DNA of 51,545 nucleotides, taken from the IMG/VR virus record IMGVR_UViG_3300033388_003855, positions 1-51,545 of that record; one strand, 5' to 3'. The notes beneath the pieces were generated by a model that ran no database searches, was not told the origin of the DNA, and was given only the letters and a program-made list of their open reading frames with translations. This DNA is from a virus (Duplodnaviria; Caudoviricetes). The stretch's first letter is position 1. Every line of letters begins with the position of its first letter. Below, piece after piece: positions 18,326-27,798 of this stretch. The translations under genes and the position numbers were made by a program.

Positions 18326-19506
18326 TGCCTACAGTCCGAGAGCTTACCGCCGAGTTTAATTTCGAGGTCGACACCACGCCCGCAGAGCGTTTTAACGCGG
18401 CGATAACAAAAACCAAAAACAATCTTAAGGGATTGTCCGGCGCAAATATTGGAGCGATAGGAAAGGGGCTTAAACGAGCTTTCCGGGTTGGCGCGGCCGG
18501 GCTTGCCGCCGGGATCGGAGCGGGGGTTGTAACCGCTCTAAAATTCGGCGATATCAAACAAGCCTTATCTCAACTTGAATTCCAATTCAAAGGCAGTTTA
18601 AAGCCGCTTAGAGACGAAGTTCAGGCGATTCTTGACGACCCTGTCCTGGGGAAATTAACGACAGAATTAGAGCTTTTAAACTCAGCCGCGCAGCTTGCCG
18701 GCGAAGGAATAGACCGGAGTTTTATTGTTCGCAATTTGCGCGATATTTTAGGCTTTTCGGCTCAATTCAGGCAGAATATAGGCGAGGGGACTAGCGATTT
18801 TATCAATTTTCTCAAGAGCGGAAACCTTGATATTTTGATTAAGGCCGGCAAGGTCACTGCCGAGCAAGCCCAGTTCTTGCGAGCGGCCGGCATTGATTCA
18901 AGCAAAGAGGGCATTAAGGCGCGCGCAATCCGTTTAGAAGCATTATTTAAAGATATTTCGCCGCAAATCAGGACGAGCATTGAAAAATTAATAGACGAAG
19001 GGGCCTTGTCTCAGAGGCGTTTTATAAACTCTCTCGACGCTCTGACGGTGGAGTTAGGAGAAAAAACACTGCCAGCTTTTCAGGGCATCACTGAGCGAGC
19101 AATTAAAATGCTTGACTTGGCGCGTTTTGACATCAAAGATGGTGAAAAGGGCGTTGCAATAACCGGCGCAAAGGTTTTATTCCCATTCTTTTCTAAAATA
19201 ATACTTGACGCGGCAAAAAGCGAGGACACCCCATTTAAAGCGGTAGAACGCTTTTTGACCGGAGCTATCCAGGAAGGCCGGACAAATCCCAAAGGCACAA
19301 AAGCCCTTTTTCCAGATCCGGAGCCAGGCGCGGAGGGCGGAGTGGGCAATCAAAACAATGTTTATATAACAGTCGAATCAGGAGCCACCGCCGACACAAA
19401 CGCACTCAGAACGATGTTTCGCGACGAAATGTCAAAAACCTTTGGTCGATCTGTGATAAGCTCCAAAAACTCCACCATGAAGCGCGGCGCCGGGCAGGTT
19501 AGATAA
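18325..19506 (+). CDS. Tape measure protein (short, 393 aa)
   Basis: MPTVREL N-terminus, helical Ala/Gly-rich, NNVYITV near the C-terminus; gene order. Confidence 0.75.
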   Translation: MPTVRELTAEFNFEVDTTPAERFNAAITKTKNNLKGLSGANIGAIGKGLKRAFRVGAAGLAAGIGAGVVTALKFGDIKQALSQLEFQFKGSLKPLRDEVQAILDDPVLGKLTTELELLNSAAQLAGEGIDRSFIVRNLRDILGFSAQFRQNIGEGTSDFINFLKSGNLDILIKAGKVTAEQAQFLRAAGIDSSKEGIKARAIRLEALFKDISPQIRTSIEKLIDEGALSQRRFINSLDALTVELGEKTLPAFQGITERAIKMLDLARFDIKDGEKGVAITGAKVLFPFFSKIILDAAKSEDTPFKAVERFLTGAIQEGRTNPKGTKALFPDPEPGAEGGVGNQNNVYITVESGATADTNALRTMFRDEMSKTFGRSVISSKNSTMKRGAGQVR

Positions 19507-20033
19507 TGGTCTTTATCCCCTATGACGTTCGGACAATCATTTCACCAGAGACCGGCGCGGCCATAGAGGTTGACGCCACTCCCACGCAAGACCACGACCT
19601 CCAAAACGCCATGACCGAATTTCCCATTGAGGACGGCTCCATAGCTGGCGATCATATCACCGTTTTACCCAATGTGGTGGAGCTTGAGGCGATATTCACG
19701 GACACGCCCATAAGCAAATTCAACCCGCTGACACAACTGGAATCCAAGGAAGGGCGGAGCCGCGAGTTTTTCCGCAAAATTCAGGACATCAAAAACAATA
19801 AGCTGAAATGTAAAGTGGTGACGGGCTTGCAGTCTTACCGGGACATGTACGTCCTAAAATTAAGCGTTCCAAGGCGTTCAGGCGACGGAAAACTGGTCAG
19901 AATCATGGCGACCTTTAAGCAAATCATAATCAACGCCAGAGCCGGAACAGGTCGACAAGGAGTAACCACGCCCGTTACAGCCGACGTTGAGCACACTGCG
20001 CGCGGGCTGTTTGAAATAGGGGATTTGAGCTAA
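19506..20033 (+). CDS. Baseplate/tail tube initiator protein
   Basis: TEFPIEDGS..DH...P; VVTGLQSYRDM. Confidence 0.75.
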   Translation: MVFIPYDVRTIISPETGAAIEVDATPTQDHDLQNAMTEFPIEDGSIAGDHITVLPNVVELEAIFTDTPISKFNPLTQLESKEGRSREFFRKIQDIKNNKLKCKVVTGLQSYRDMYVLKLSVPRRSGDGKLVRIMATFKQIIINARAGTGRQGVTTPVTADVEHTARGLFEIGDLS

Positions 20034-20338
20034 TGGCAACTATAACAATCCCGCTCCGAAACGACATTTTCCACTACTCCTTCCGATTCACAATGGACGG
20101 CGTTGCTTACCCGCTGACATTGCGCTATAATAGGCGCATAGATAGTTGGATTTTAAATTTTGACGGCGTCTTATTGACAGCCAGGCTTTGTGGCGGTCAA
20201 GACATTCTCGGACAGTTTCACCACCTGGAAGTCCCGCCCGGAGAGCTTCGAGTGGTTGACCTGGACGGAGAGAATAAAGAGCCGACAAAGACTAATTTTA
20301 GTGATCGGGTGATTTTGCAATATACGGAGGCGGCTTAA
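20033..20338 (+). CDS. Baseplate plug-like protein
   Basis: IPL...YSF..MDG..Y.L.LRYN.R...W motif; gene order. Confidence 0.65.
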   Translation: MATITIPLRNDIFHYSFRFTMDGVAYPLTLRYNRRIDSWILNFDGVLLTARLCGGQDILGQFHHLEVPPGELRVVDLDGENKEPTKTNFSDRVILQYTEAA

Positions 20339-20568
20339 TGCCAACAAAGCCACTTACATTGAATGAATTAGAACAGCAATTAAGCAAATGCCGAGAGCTT
20401 GGGGCGTCAGGAGATGAGCCGGTTTTTCTCGAAGGATCCGTGGTCACCGGGATAGAAGGACTTAAAATTACAACTATAACCAGAGCGCACCATGCTGGGT
20501 TATGTGCGCCGCAAACAATGGGGATTGGTAAAATTATTAGTATATGGGGCGTTCCAGCTAATGACTGA
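20338..20568 (+). CDS. Hypothetical protein inserted in the baseplate module
   Basis: GGAGG RBS; TAATG coupling. Confidence 0.5.
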   Translation: MPTKPLTLNELEQQLSKCRELGASGDEPVFLEGSVVTGIEGLKITTITRAHHAGLCAPQTMGIGKIISIWGVPAND

Positions 20569-21469
20569 CATCCTCTTCGACCGCTCCACCATCCTCGAAT
20601 TTGAGGACAGGGACACGGGCGAAACATTCCAGATTACAGACCAGAAAATAGACTTCCAGGTTGAAAAGCAAATCTCGACCGAGCCGAACGCCGCTTATAT
20701 TGACATCTATGGATTAAGCGATGAGACGTCCGAAAAGATCAAGTTCCGGAAAAAAATCAATCAAGTTAAGTTTGGCAAAACTTTGAAGATTAAAGCGGGC
20801 TACAGGGGCAGAGAAAAGAAAATTTTCACGGGCGTGGTGATTGGAGCCAACATCATAACGGACGGCGTGGAGAAGATAACCCGGATAGAAGCTCGAAACC
20901 TTTGGTATGAGCTACAGGCCAAGAAGGTCAAAAAAACAGCCGCCAAAGGACAGCCAAAAGCGGGCTTTATCGTTGATATAATCCAAAACGACATTGGCGC
21001 AGGTCTCCCGACCGAGTCCCTTCAATACATTAACGAAGCGCTTGGAAATGAGACTTTTAAAGATGTCACAACATTTTTCGGGCCAGCTCGACAGGTGGTC
21101 GAGAAAATCAGCAATAATTTACTTTCCAGAATAATTATAAACTTTGATGACGCCGGAGTCACGTTTCAGCCCATCGGCATTGCTTTAAATCCCGACATTG
21201 TCCCGCCGCTCTCATACAGCCCGACAACGGGGCTTATAGGGACGCCAGAGTCGACGGAAACCGGGCTTGATTTCAAAGTCCAGCTCGACAACGACGCCCG
21301 GATTAATCGTTATGTAGTCGTCCAAGCTGACACGGTCAGAGCGTTGAATGATGGGGGAGTTTATGTCGTCAAGAAAGCGATTCACGCGGGGGTGAATAGG
21401 GCGGAAGGCGTTTGGGAAACTCGCTATGAGTCAGTTTTTGATTTAACTTCTCAGGGGATAAGGTTTTAA
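20561..21469 (+). CDS. Baseplate hub protein
   Basis: IDFQVEK...PN.A.I.IYGL, IKAGY, TGLIGTP; start taken at MTDILFDR. Confidence 0.8.
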   Translation: MTDILFDRSTILEFEDRDTGETFQITDQKIDFQVEKQISTEPNAAYIDIYGLSDETSEKIKFRKKINQVKFGKTLKIKAGYRGREKKIFTGVVIGANIITDGVEKITRIEARNLWYELQAKKVKKTAAKGQPKAGFIVDIIQNDIGAGLPTESLQYINEALGNETFKDVTTFFGPARQVVEKISNNLLSRIIINFDDAGVTFQPIGIALNPDIVPPLSYSPTTGLIGTPESTETGLDFKVQLDNDARINRYVVVQADTVRALNDGGVYVVKKAIHAGVNRAEGVWETRYESVFDLTSQGIRF

Positions 21470-21483
21470 TATACGGAGGTTTG

Positions 21484-21579
21484 ATGGATCAAATAATAGA
21501 GGGTGTCTGTATATTATTTAGCATGGTTTATTTGGCTATTGCTATTCCATTATTCATAAAATGGAACTCTATAAAATGA
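21484..21579 (+). CDS. 31-aa single-TM peptide
   Basis: GGAGGT RBS; MDQIIEGVCILFSMVYLAIAIPLFIKWNSIK; ATGA overlap with the spike gene. Confidence 0.5.
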   Translation: MDQIIEGVCILFSMVYLAIAIPLFIKWNSIK

Positions 21580-22220
21580 CTGAAACCGCGCGCTTAGATG
21601 AGGCTATAGACGGCCGCGTGACATTCAAACTAGACGACGTTCACACATTTTTCCCGGCAACCATTATCGCCGTCAGGCCGGACGGCCTGGTGGATGTTCA
21701 GCCGAATTTAAAAGTCATTTTGCCGGGAGAGGGAGAGGAAGCGGAAACGGAACTTCCCGTGATCAATAAGGCCATCTTGCTGGAAACTCGCAACGAGGGG
21801 GCGGTAATACGTCTTCCGAAGGAAAGCCACATTGGAACCAAGGTCGGCGTCTTAATCTCTGAGCATTCGCTTACAGAGTGGAGACAGACCGCCGGGAAAT
21901 CATTTTTGCCGGAGGAAGCGCGGAGGTTTGACTTTAACGATGCGGTAGCCCTTTTGGGACTATACCCGGAAACTTTGCCGTGGGGCCTTCCTCAGAAGCC
22001 GAACACACTGGAAATTCAGGTCGCGGCCGGAAAGAAAATCAGCATTGGAGACAATAACCCCGTTCCGATTACCGCGCCGGAGCTTTTAAATTTGATGTAT
22101 AATTTTATGACTCAGGTGTTGCTTGGAACTAACCCGGCCACGGGGGCGATGCTGGGAGCCGCGAAAATAACACAGCTCCAAGCCCTTTTAGCTCAAATAA
22201 CTAATGTTACGGTGATTTAA
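21576..22220 (+). CDS. Baseplate spike/puncturing protein (Gp138-like N-terminus)
   Basis: HTFFPATI, VDVQP, SEHSL..W, RRFDFNDAV. Confidence 0.8.
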   Translation: MTETARLDEAIDGRVTFKLDDVHTFFPATIIAVRPDGLVDVQPNLKVILPGEGEEAETELPVINKAILLETRNEGAVIRLPKESHIGTKVGVLISEHSLTEWRQTAGKSFLPEEARRFDFNDAVALLGLYPETLPWGLPQKPNTLEIQVAAGKKISIGDNNPVPITAPELLNLMYNFMTQVLLGTNPATGAMLGAAKITQLQALLAQITNVTVI

Positions 22221-22422
22221 ACCGCTTTAAAAACGCGGCTCGTTGCCAAGCGTGAGAGTTTTCGAGAAGCCATTCCAGCATAGGCAGAACGGTGTCAAGT
22301 TTAATTTTATGACCGGCAACGGCGCGGGTAATCGTGTTCTCAGTCGCGCCGACAAATTTAGCAAACTCGACGTTTGTTTTGTGGCCGGTGAGGTTTTTTA
22401 GGCTTTTGATTATTTTTTTCAT
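22207..22422 (-). CDS. HTH regulator
   Basis: NVEFAKFVGATENTITR; AAGGAG RBS. Confidence 0.65.
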   Translation of the reverse strand: MKKIIKSLKNLTGHKTNVEFAKFVGATENTITRAVAGHKIKLDTVLPMLEWLLENSHAWQRAAFLKRFKSP

Positions 22423-22425
22423 GTT

Positions 22426-22468
22426 CTCCTTAAAGCCGGGCTAAGCCCGGCGGGTTGGTTATTTTTTC
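22426..22468 (-). repeat. Conserved intergenic hairpin+RBS element, copy 1 (copy 2 at 41452-41495)
   Basis: GCCGGGC-TAA-GCCCGGC core with shared flanks. Confidence 0.8.
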
Positions 22469-22722
22469 TCTATTATCCAGACACGAAAACCGACGTCAAT
22501 AAATCTAATGGCAACGGCCGAGTCAGGGAGATTGGCGCGCATTTTATAATTCCTGAACGAGGCGTAAATGCTGTTTCGCTTTTTCTTGAAATCTTTTTTT
22601 GTGCATTTCACGAAAAAAGAATCTCCGATATCCATTTCATAAAACGGATATTTTCTCCGCCGCCGCGCTTTTGGGGAGCGCGTCGGCGGGGGGAGTGGAA
22701 TATTTTTTTCAATTTCAAACAT
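22459..22722 (-). CDS. Small putative DNA-binding protein
   Basis: IEKNIPLP...KYPFYEMDIGDSFFV...GFRVW, a common phage family motif. Confidence 0.7.
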   Translation of the reverse strand: MFEIEKNIPLPPPTRSPKARRRRKYPFYEMDIGDSFFVKCTKKDFKKKRNSIYASFRNYKMRANLPDSAVAIRFIDVGFRVWIIEKK

Positions 22723-22724
22723 TT

Positions 22725-23171
22725 TTAACCTGTTACTTTTTTAATTATTTCAGGACTAAGGGCAATATAAGCATCGTGTTCATCGCCGTCGGTGAAATCT
22801 TCGATTAAAACGCAGTCATAACCAGCGCCCTTGGCGGCTTCTAAATACTCGACTCTGTCTGTAATTTCTTGAACGTAATTAATAAAATCACCCCAATATT
22901 CATTTAGGAATTCATCTATGTCTGCACATTCTCCGTCATCGGCTAACTCTTGAACTGACGCTTTCATTTCTGGGCACAGGCCGATAAGCTTTAGAGCGTC
23001 ATTCTTGTTTGTTAGATCGAGAGTTTTGCCAACATTTAGATCAACCGTGTAAACGATTTCCCCGTAGGCGCGGGCGGCGTTAACTTGAGTTGTAAAACAA
23101 ACTCCTAATTCTTGAGACTTTGAAAAATCAAACTTTTCAAATTTTGTTTCAGTTCCATGGTAAGCAATCAT
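22725..23171 (-). CDS. ADP-ribosyltransferase-like protein (ART-PolyVal-like)
   Basis: YHGT..F.KFD, GVCFT...A.AYG, GYD.V.I motifs. Confidence 0.65.
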   Translation of the reverse strand: MIAYHGTETKFEKFDFSKSQELGVCFTTQVNAARAYGEIVYTVDLNVGKTLDLTNKNDALKLIGLCPEMKASVQELADDGECADIDEFLNEYWGDFINYVQEITDRVEYLEAAKGAGYDCVLIEDFTDGDEHDAYIALSPEIIKKVTG

Positions 23172-23225
23172 CTCTTTCTCCTTTCGAGTTTTTAATCAAG
23201 TCACAATCGCGACTTGTTGAATATC

Positions 23226-23273
23226 ATTAGACTAAATTAGTTGGATTCAGTCAAGAGAAAAACAACTAATTTA
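23226..23273 (-). promoter_or_regulatory. Promoter with an inverted-repeat operator
   Basis: TTGACT-17-TCTAAT; TAAATTAGTTG (23233-23243) and CAACTAATTTA (23263-23273) flank the -35 box. Confidence 0.6.
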
Positions 23274-23313
23274 ATTACTTTAATCTTATAAATTGATTTA
23301 AGTCAATCAAGAC

Positions 23314-23685
23314 ATGACCACTTACCAAACATTTAAAGAGACAGTAAACCAAGACCTTGCCCTTGAAGCCGGGGACTTCTCTTTTGTCACAGACCGCGAG
23401 GCCGTCAGGCAGCAGATAGAAACTAATTATAGGCTATCAACAGATAATTGGTTCTTGAACTTGGACGAGGGCATAAACTTTGCCGGAGAAGGCGGAATAT
23501 TAGGCAAAAAAGAACTTTCGCCAGCAGACGAGGCGGATTTTGTAGACACGGCGGTCAATACTTACGGAGTTCAAGAGCTAGTCAGCATTGTCTTTCCAGA
23601 GATCGAAAACAACACACAGGAAGTAAATTTGGTATATTTAGACGAGTTCTCGGACGAAGAGCAAACTTTAACAGCAGAGCTATAA
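23314..23685 (+). CDS. Baseplate wedge protein (gp25/gp46-like)
   Basis: EAVRQQI...WFLNLDEGI, YGV; precedes baseplate J. Confidence 0.75.
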   Translation: MTTYQTFKETVNQDLALEAGDFSFVTDREAVRQQIETNYRLSTDNWFLNLDEGINFAGEGGILGKKELSPADEADFVDTAVNTYGVQELVSIVFPEIENNTQEVNLVYLDEFSDEEQTLTAEL

Positions 23686-23686
23686 T

Positions 23687-25120
23687 ATGACGCTTTCTTT
23701 TGATGAATTAGGGCTACAAATACGACAGCTCGCAGAAATCCAAGCGGAATGGAGACAGCGTTTTATAGACGCTTACGGAACGGGAACGCAGGTAGACCCG
23801 GAGACTAAGTCGAATATATCTAAAATGATTGCGATGTTTTCCGACCGCGACGCTGTAATAGACGAAATTTTAGAGGCCGTTTATCTGTCCGCTTACCCTT
23901 CCACAGCCGGCGACGTCTCCCTCGACCGCGCGATGGAGATCACCGGGCACACTCGCCAAGGGGCGTTAAGCTCAACCCTCACCAACACCATCTACGCCGC
24001 TGGAACAGCCGCAACGCTGATTTTAGACGACACTCTGACTATAAGCGTTTTACAGTCCGGAGCGTTGTTCAAAAACGTCGGAGACTTCACCCTCGGCAGC
24101 CTGGGAGCGGAGACCATTAATTCAATCACCAGGAGCGGGACAACGGCCACGGCTACCATAAGCGGCGGTCATTCATACCCGGTTGACTCTTGGGTTTTCA
24201 TCGAAGGCGCCGACCAGGAAGATTACAATATTCTTGTTCAAATTACCGCAGTAGCCGCCACCACGTTTGATTTTGAAGTGGCCAATAGTCCGACCACGCC
24301 CGCGACCGGAACCTTGCTTGCAAGAGAAGCAACGCCGTTTTCCGCCGCTTCCGTGGAAAAAGGAGCAATCCAAGCCCTCGACGGCTCGCTGACAGTCATT
24401 GAAACCTCTCTCTCCGGACTTTTGAGAGTCGAGAACGCTGACGACGCAGTCCTGGGCAGAGAAACAGAGACAGACCCGGCGGCCAGATCGCGAAGAAATA
24501 CAACGCTTGGAGCTTTGGGCGGAGGAACGCCGGAGGCTATTAAGGCCATTATTTTAGATGTTTCGGGCGTGTCTGAGGTTACTGTATTTGCAAATGACGA
24601 CGATTTTACAGACGTGAACGGCGTTCCGCCTCACAGCGTGGAAGTGTTGGTAACTGGCGGAGCAAATCAAGACATTTTCGACGCTCTGACAGGCGACGCT
24701 TCCCAGAAAGGGGCGGTAAGCGGCGGAATACGCCAACACGGCAACGAAACGGGCACGGTCACGGATTCAAGCGGGAACTCTCAACCGTCGGCTTTTTCAC
24801 GTCTTGTCGCGGCCAGAATCTACGTCAATATTGTGGTCACGACCAACAGCGACATAGCTCAGGGGCCAATATTCCCTGCGACCGGAGAAGCCGAAATAAT
24901 AGCAAATCTTGCTGGAATCGCATTTGCTGGCGGTCAGGACGTCTGGAAAGCGACGATTACAAACGCCGTGACGAGTGTCGCGGGCGTCGTGACTGTCGTT
25001 CCCTTGTTCAATAGAACCACTCCGCCGACAACTGACGTAACGATTGTTATTTTGCCGACCGAACAGGCAAACATTGATTCCGGGGATATCACCGGGACTA
25101 TTGACGGAGCCCCGATCTAA
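23687..25120 (+). CDS. Baseplate J/gp47-family protein with an inserted HGL-like domain
   Basis: PSTA.DVSLD, GRETETD..ARSR, NGVPPHSVEVLVTGG. Confidence 0.88.
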   Translation: MTLSFDELGLQIRQLAEIQAEWRQRFIDAYGTGTQVDPETKSNISKMIAMFSDRDAVIDEILEAVYLSAYPSTAGDVSLDRAMEITGHTRQGALSSTLTNTIYAAGTAATLILDDTLTISVLQSGALFKNVGDFTLGSLGAETINSITRSGTTATATISGGHSYPVDSWVFIEGADQEDYNILVQITAVAATTFDFEVANSPTTPATGTLLAREATPFSAASVEKGAIQALDGSLTVIETSLSGLLRVENADDAVLGRETETDPAARSRRNTTLGALGGGTPEAIKAIILDVSGVSEVTVFANDDDFTDVNGVPPHSVEVLVTGGANQDIFDALTGDASQKGAVSGGIRQHGNETGTVTDSSGNSQPSAFSRLVAARIYVNIVVTTNSDIAQGPIFPATGEAEIIANLAGIAFAGGQDVWKATITNAVTSVAGVVTVVPLFNRTTPPTTDVTIVILPTEQANIDSGDITGTIDGAPI

Positions 25121-25225
25121 AGAGCGCTGGATGGTTTTGAGCAATTGCCGCTGTTTTTATTAACTATTTTTATAAAAACCCTGTCAAATATGTCAAAATG
25201 GCGTAAAAGAGCGCTTAAATAAATT

Positions 25226-25840
25226 ATGACCGATGAAATGTACGACAAGATCACCGACCACGAGGCGGAGATCAAAGCCCGGCAAGTCTGGCAATACGAG
25301 AACAAGGAGATTTTCGACAAGCTTTTGGAAGCTTACGCGGAAAGTCGGCAGGAATATGAAAACATCCTTTGGCAACTTTTGACCGAGCGAGGCTTAAGTA
25401 ATGCGGTGGGCGTCACGTTAGATAGGATCGGAGAATATTACCAGGCAGACAGAAACGGATTACCGGATAATCTCTATAGAAATCTCATTATAACCACTCT
25501 CAGCCGCCTACAATCCGCCGGACAGATTGAGGTTTTGCTAGACTCTCTTAGAATCCTTTCTTTAAATCCTGATGTCGCTCTGACTCAAGTTTTTCCGGCG
25601 GGGATTATAATGCACATTTTTGTTTCAGCTTTCGGCGACACTCCCAGCCCGACAGAGCTAAACGCGACAATGCAACTGGTAAAAGCGGCGGGTGTTAAAT
25701 TGGTCATTGTCGAGCAAACAACCAGCAACAGCGCATTCGTTCCCACTTACGGAACTTTGTTGCCGGGAGACGCCGGAAAGGGCTTTTCGGTCGCTCTGGA
25801 CGGCTCTGACGGCGGTTCATTTTCAACTATTATAAAATAA
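25226..25840 (+). CDS. Baseplate protein (DUF2612-like)
   Basis: AVGVTLDRIG, YRNLI, AAGV motifs. Confidence 0.75.
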   Translation: MTDEMYDKITDHEAEIKARQVWQYENKEIFDKLLEAYAESRQEYENILWQLLTERGLSNAVGVTLDRIGEYYQADRNGLPDNLYRNLIITTLSRLQSAGQIEVLLDSLRILSLNPDVALTQVFPAGIIMHIFVSAFGDTPSPTELNATMQLVKAAGVKLVIVEQTTSNSAFVPTYGTLLPGDAGKGFSVALDGSDGGSFSTIIK

Positions 25841-25843
25841 ATT

Positions 25844-27310
25844 ATGGCTAGAATAATCAGAAGAAATTTACCCTGGGGACGCGCAAGCTCCGCCGGACTT
25901 CTGGCAGACGGCGCGGACAAAATTCCAGACGCGACCAGAAAGGCCGGATATGAGGCTTTTGGAAATAAAGCGGCCGTTGGCGAGTATATGGATCAAATAG
26001 CGTATGAAGCGCAGTTTGACGCTATTCTTGGAAACGCCGCGCAATTGGCTATAGACGCCGCTCAGATCACCTGGGACAACTCAGCCGCGCGTTTCGAGAA
26101 CAAGGCCGGGGAAGAGGTGACGTTGGGCGATTACGCCCGGATTGCCGTGATAGGCATGGACACGCTGACGGGTAATATGGAAATAGACAGCGTGACCGGC
26201 TTAGAAATGTCTTATCTGGGCGGGACTCAGCAGCAGACCGGAGACAACCCGAAGCTACAACTCGGAGACGCCGGAAGCGGCGAGCCTTATAAAATCTTGC
26301 TTGGCCCGGACGCGGTTGACTGCAAGTTGGACATCTTGACGGACAAACCTTTCGACGAGCTTGAGCTTTCAAACCTCACTCAGACACAGAAACAATATGT
26401 GGCGAACCAGGGGCGCGGGAATTATATCAAAGTGAACGGGGAAGAAATTTACAACCCTTCCGCCGCCGGTGAGATCATAAAGCGCGACACCGCCGCCGTA
26501 AATCCCTATTTGCTCAGGATGAATGGCGCGCAGTGGGCATGGTCTACTCATGCGTCTGTAGATGGCCTGGCGTGGTTCAGGGACTTGAATAGAAAGTTGG
26601 ACGGGCAAAGGTGGGACGGAAGCTCCGCTTTTGTCGAAACTCAAAGCCGGTTCACCACTCCCGCGCTGATAGCCTCCACTCCTCATTTTTTCATGTTGGG
26701 GAAAGCCCGACGATTTTTCACTGATATTTCCGCGTATGATACCCGTATTCACGAGAGAACAGACCCGACAGGCGTCAGCGAAGCACAGACCGGAAATTTC
26801 GTTAATACGTCCAATGTGGTGACGTTTTCCGTGCTGGGGAATGTAAAAAACGGAATGCGAATTAATGGAGCGTCAGCAAGGGGAATCACGGACGCCACTT
26901 CCGGGACGCCAGGCACAACGATTTTAAAAAACATCGACACGACCTCCAAAACGGCGGAAATGTACAACGCTCTAACAGGCGCGGCGGTGAACGCCTCCTC
27001 GACCGGCTCTACCGCTTGCACGATGGACAACTCAGGGGCGGCGGGCGGATCGCATGATTTAGACGCTTTTCAGGGACATATTTTTTACAATGGGGTGGCG
27101 GATGAGGCGGGGCAGGATATTGCCGTATACGACACAACAACAAATGAAGCTCCGGGGTTAGCTACAAAAAATACTGCGGAGGGTACTGTCACGCCCACAT
27201 TACAGGGTCTTACATCACTGCCAAAAACTGACGGCGTAAACGGAACGCCCAGGACTCACGATCAAACACAGCCGGAGTCAACCGGCGCATATTACTACTA
27301 TAAAGCGTGA
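25844..27310 (+). CDS. Tail fibre protein
   Basis: Follows the baseplate genes; DAFQGH...GTPRT..TQP...YYYKA collar-type C-terminus. Confidence 0.75.
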   Translation: MARIIRRNLPWGRASSAGLLADGADKIPDATRKAGYEAFGNKAAVGEYMDQIAYEAQFDAILGNAAQLAIDAAQITWDNSAARFENKAGEEVTLGDYARIAVIGMDTLTGNMEIDSVTGLEMSYLGGTQQQTGDNPKLQLGDAGSGEPYKILLGPDAVDCKLDILTDKPFDELELSNLTQTQKQYVANQGRGNYIKVNGEEIYNPSAAGEIIKRDTAAVNPYLLRMNGAQWAWSTHASVDGLAWFRDLNRKLDGQRWDGSSAFVETQSRFTTPALIASTPHFFMLGKARRFFTDISAYDTRIHERTDPTGVSEAQTGNFVNTSNVVTFSVLGNVKNGMRINGASARGITDATSGTPGTTILKNIDTTSKTAEMYNALTGAAVNASSTGSTACTMDNSGAAGGSHDLDAFQGHIFYNGVADEAGQDIAVYDTTTNEAPGLATKNTAEGTVTPTLQGLTSLPKTDGVNGTPRTHDQTQPESTGAYYYYKA

Positions 27311-27798
27311 TGAAAATATTCAGAAAATGCGACTTAGTCAGAACAGAAGAGGAGGCGGTGGAATTGCTGGCCGCTCAGGACGCTTTTATAAACAACCCGC
27401 AGCCCGGCGACATTCCGCCGCGTTTAACGCCTGAACTTTGGTCAATATGGAATAGCGGTGATGTTTTGGGGTGGGGATGGGAAGAAGAGTCTTTGCCGGA
27501 CAAAGTGCGGAGAAAAGCCAAAGAGCAGGCCGAAGCGGACGAGCTGGAAAAGCTTCAAACAGACAGCAACTATTTTAAGGCAACAAAAATAAGGCCGTGG
27601 CGCGACTCAAAATTAGTTGAGTGGGTAGATGATACCTTTCTAAAACCGCTGAAATATAATCTGACAGGTGATCAAATAACCGAGCGGGCGGCGTTGCATG
27701 TGGAGCTTTGCGACTGGCCGGACTTGTTCGACGAATACAAAACAGATGAAGAAATAGACGCGCTCAAGCCGAGCGCGCCGAGTTGGATTACTGAATAA
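27307..27798 (+). CDS. Tail fibre assembly chaperone
   Basis: IRPWRDSKL...LCDWP...PSAPSWI. Confidence 0.7.
   Translation: MMKIFRKCDLVRTEEEAVELLAAQDAFINNPQPGDIPPRLTPELWSIWNSGDVLGWGWEEESLPDKVRRKAKEQAEADELEKLQTDSNYFKATKIRPWRDSKLVEWVDDTFLKPLKYNLTGDQITERAALHVELCDWPDLFDEYKTDEEIDALKPSAPSWITE

Noticed and set aside
25119-25215. 10-bp repeat AAAGAGCGCT flanking an AT-rich ~80-bp spacer between baseplate genes
   Set aside because: Too short to distinguish from chance, and no convincing ORF or structure lies inside.
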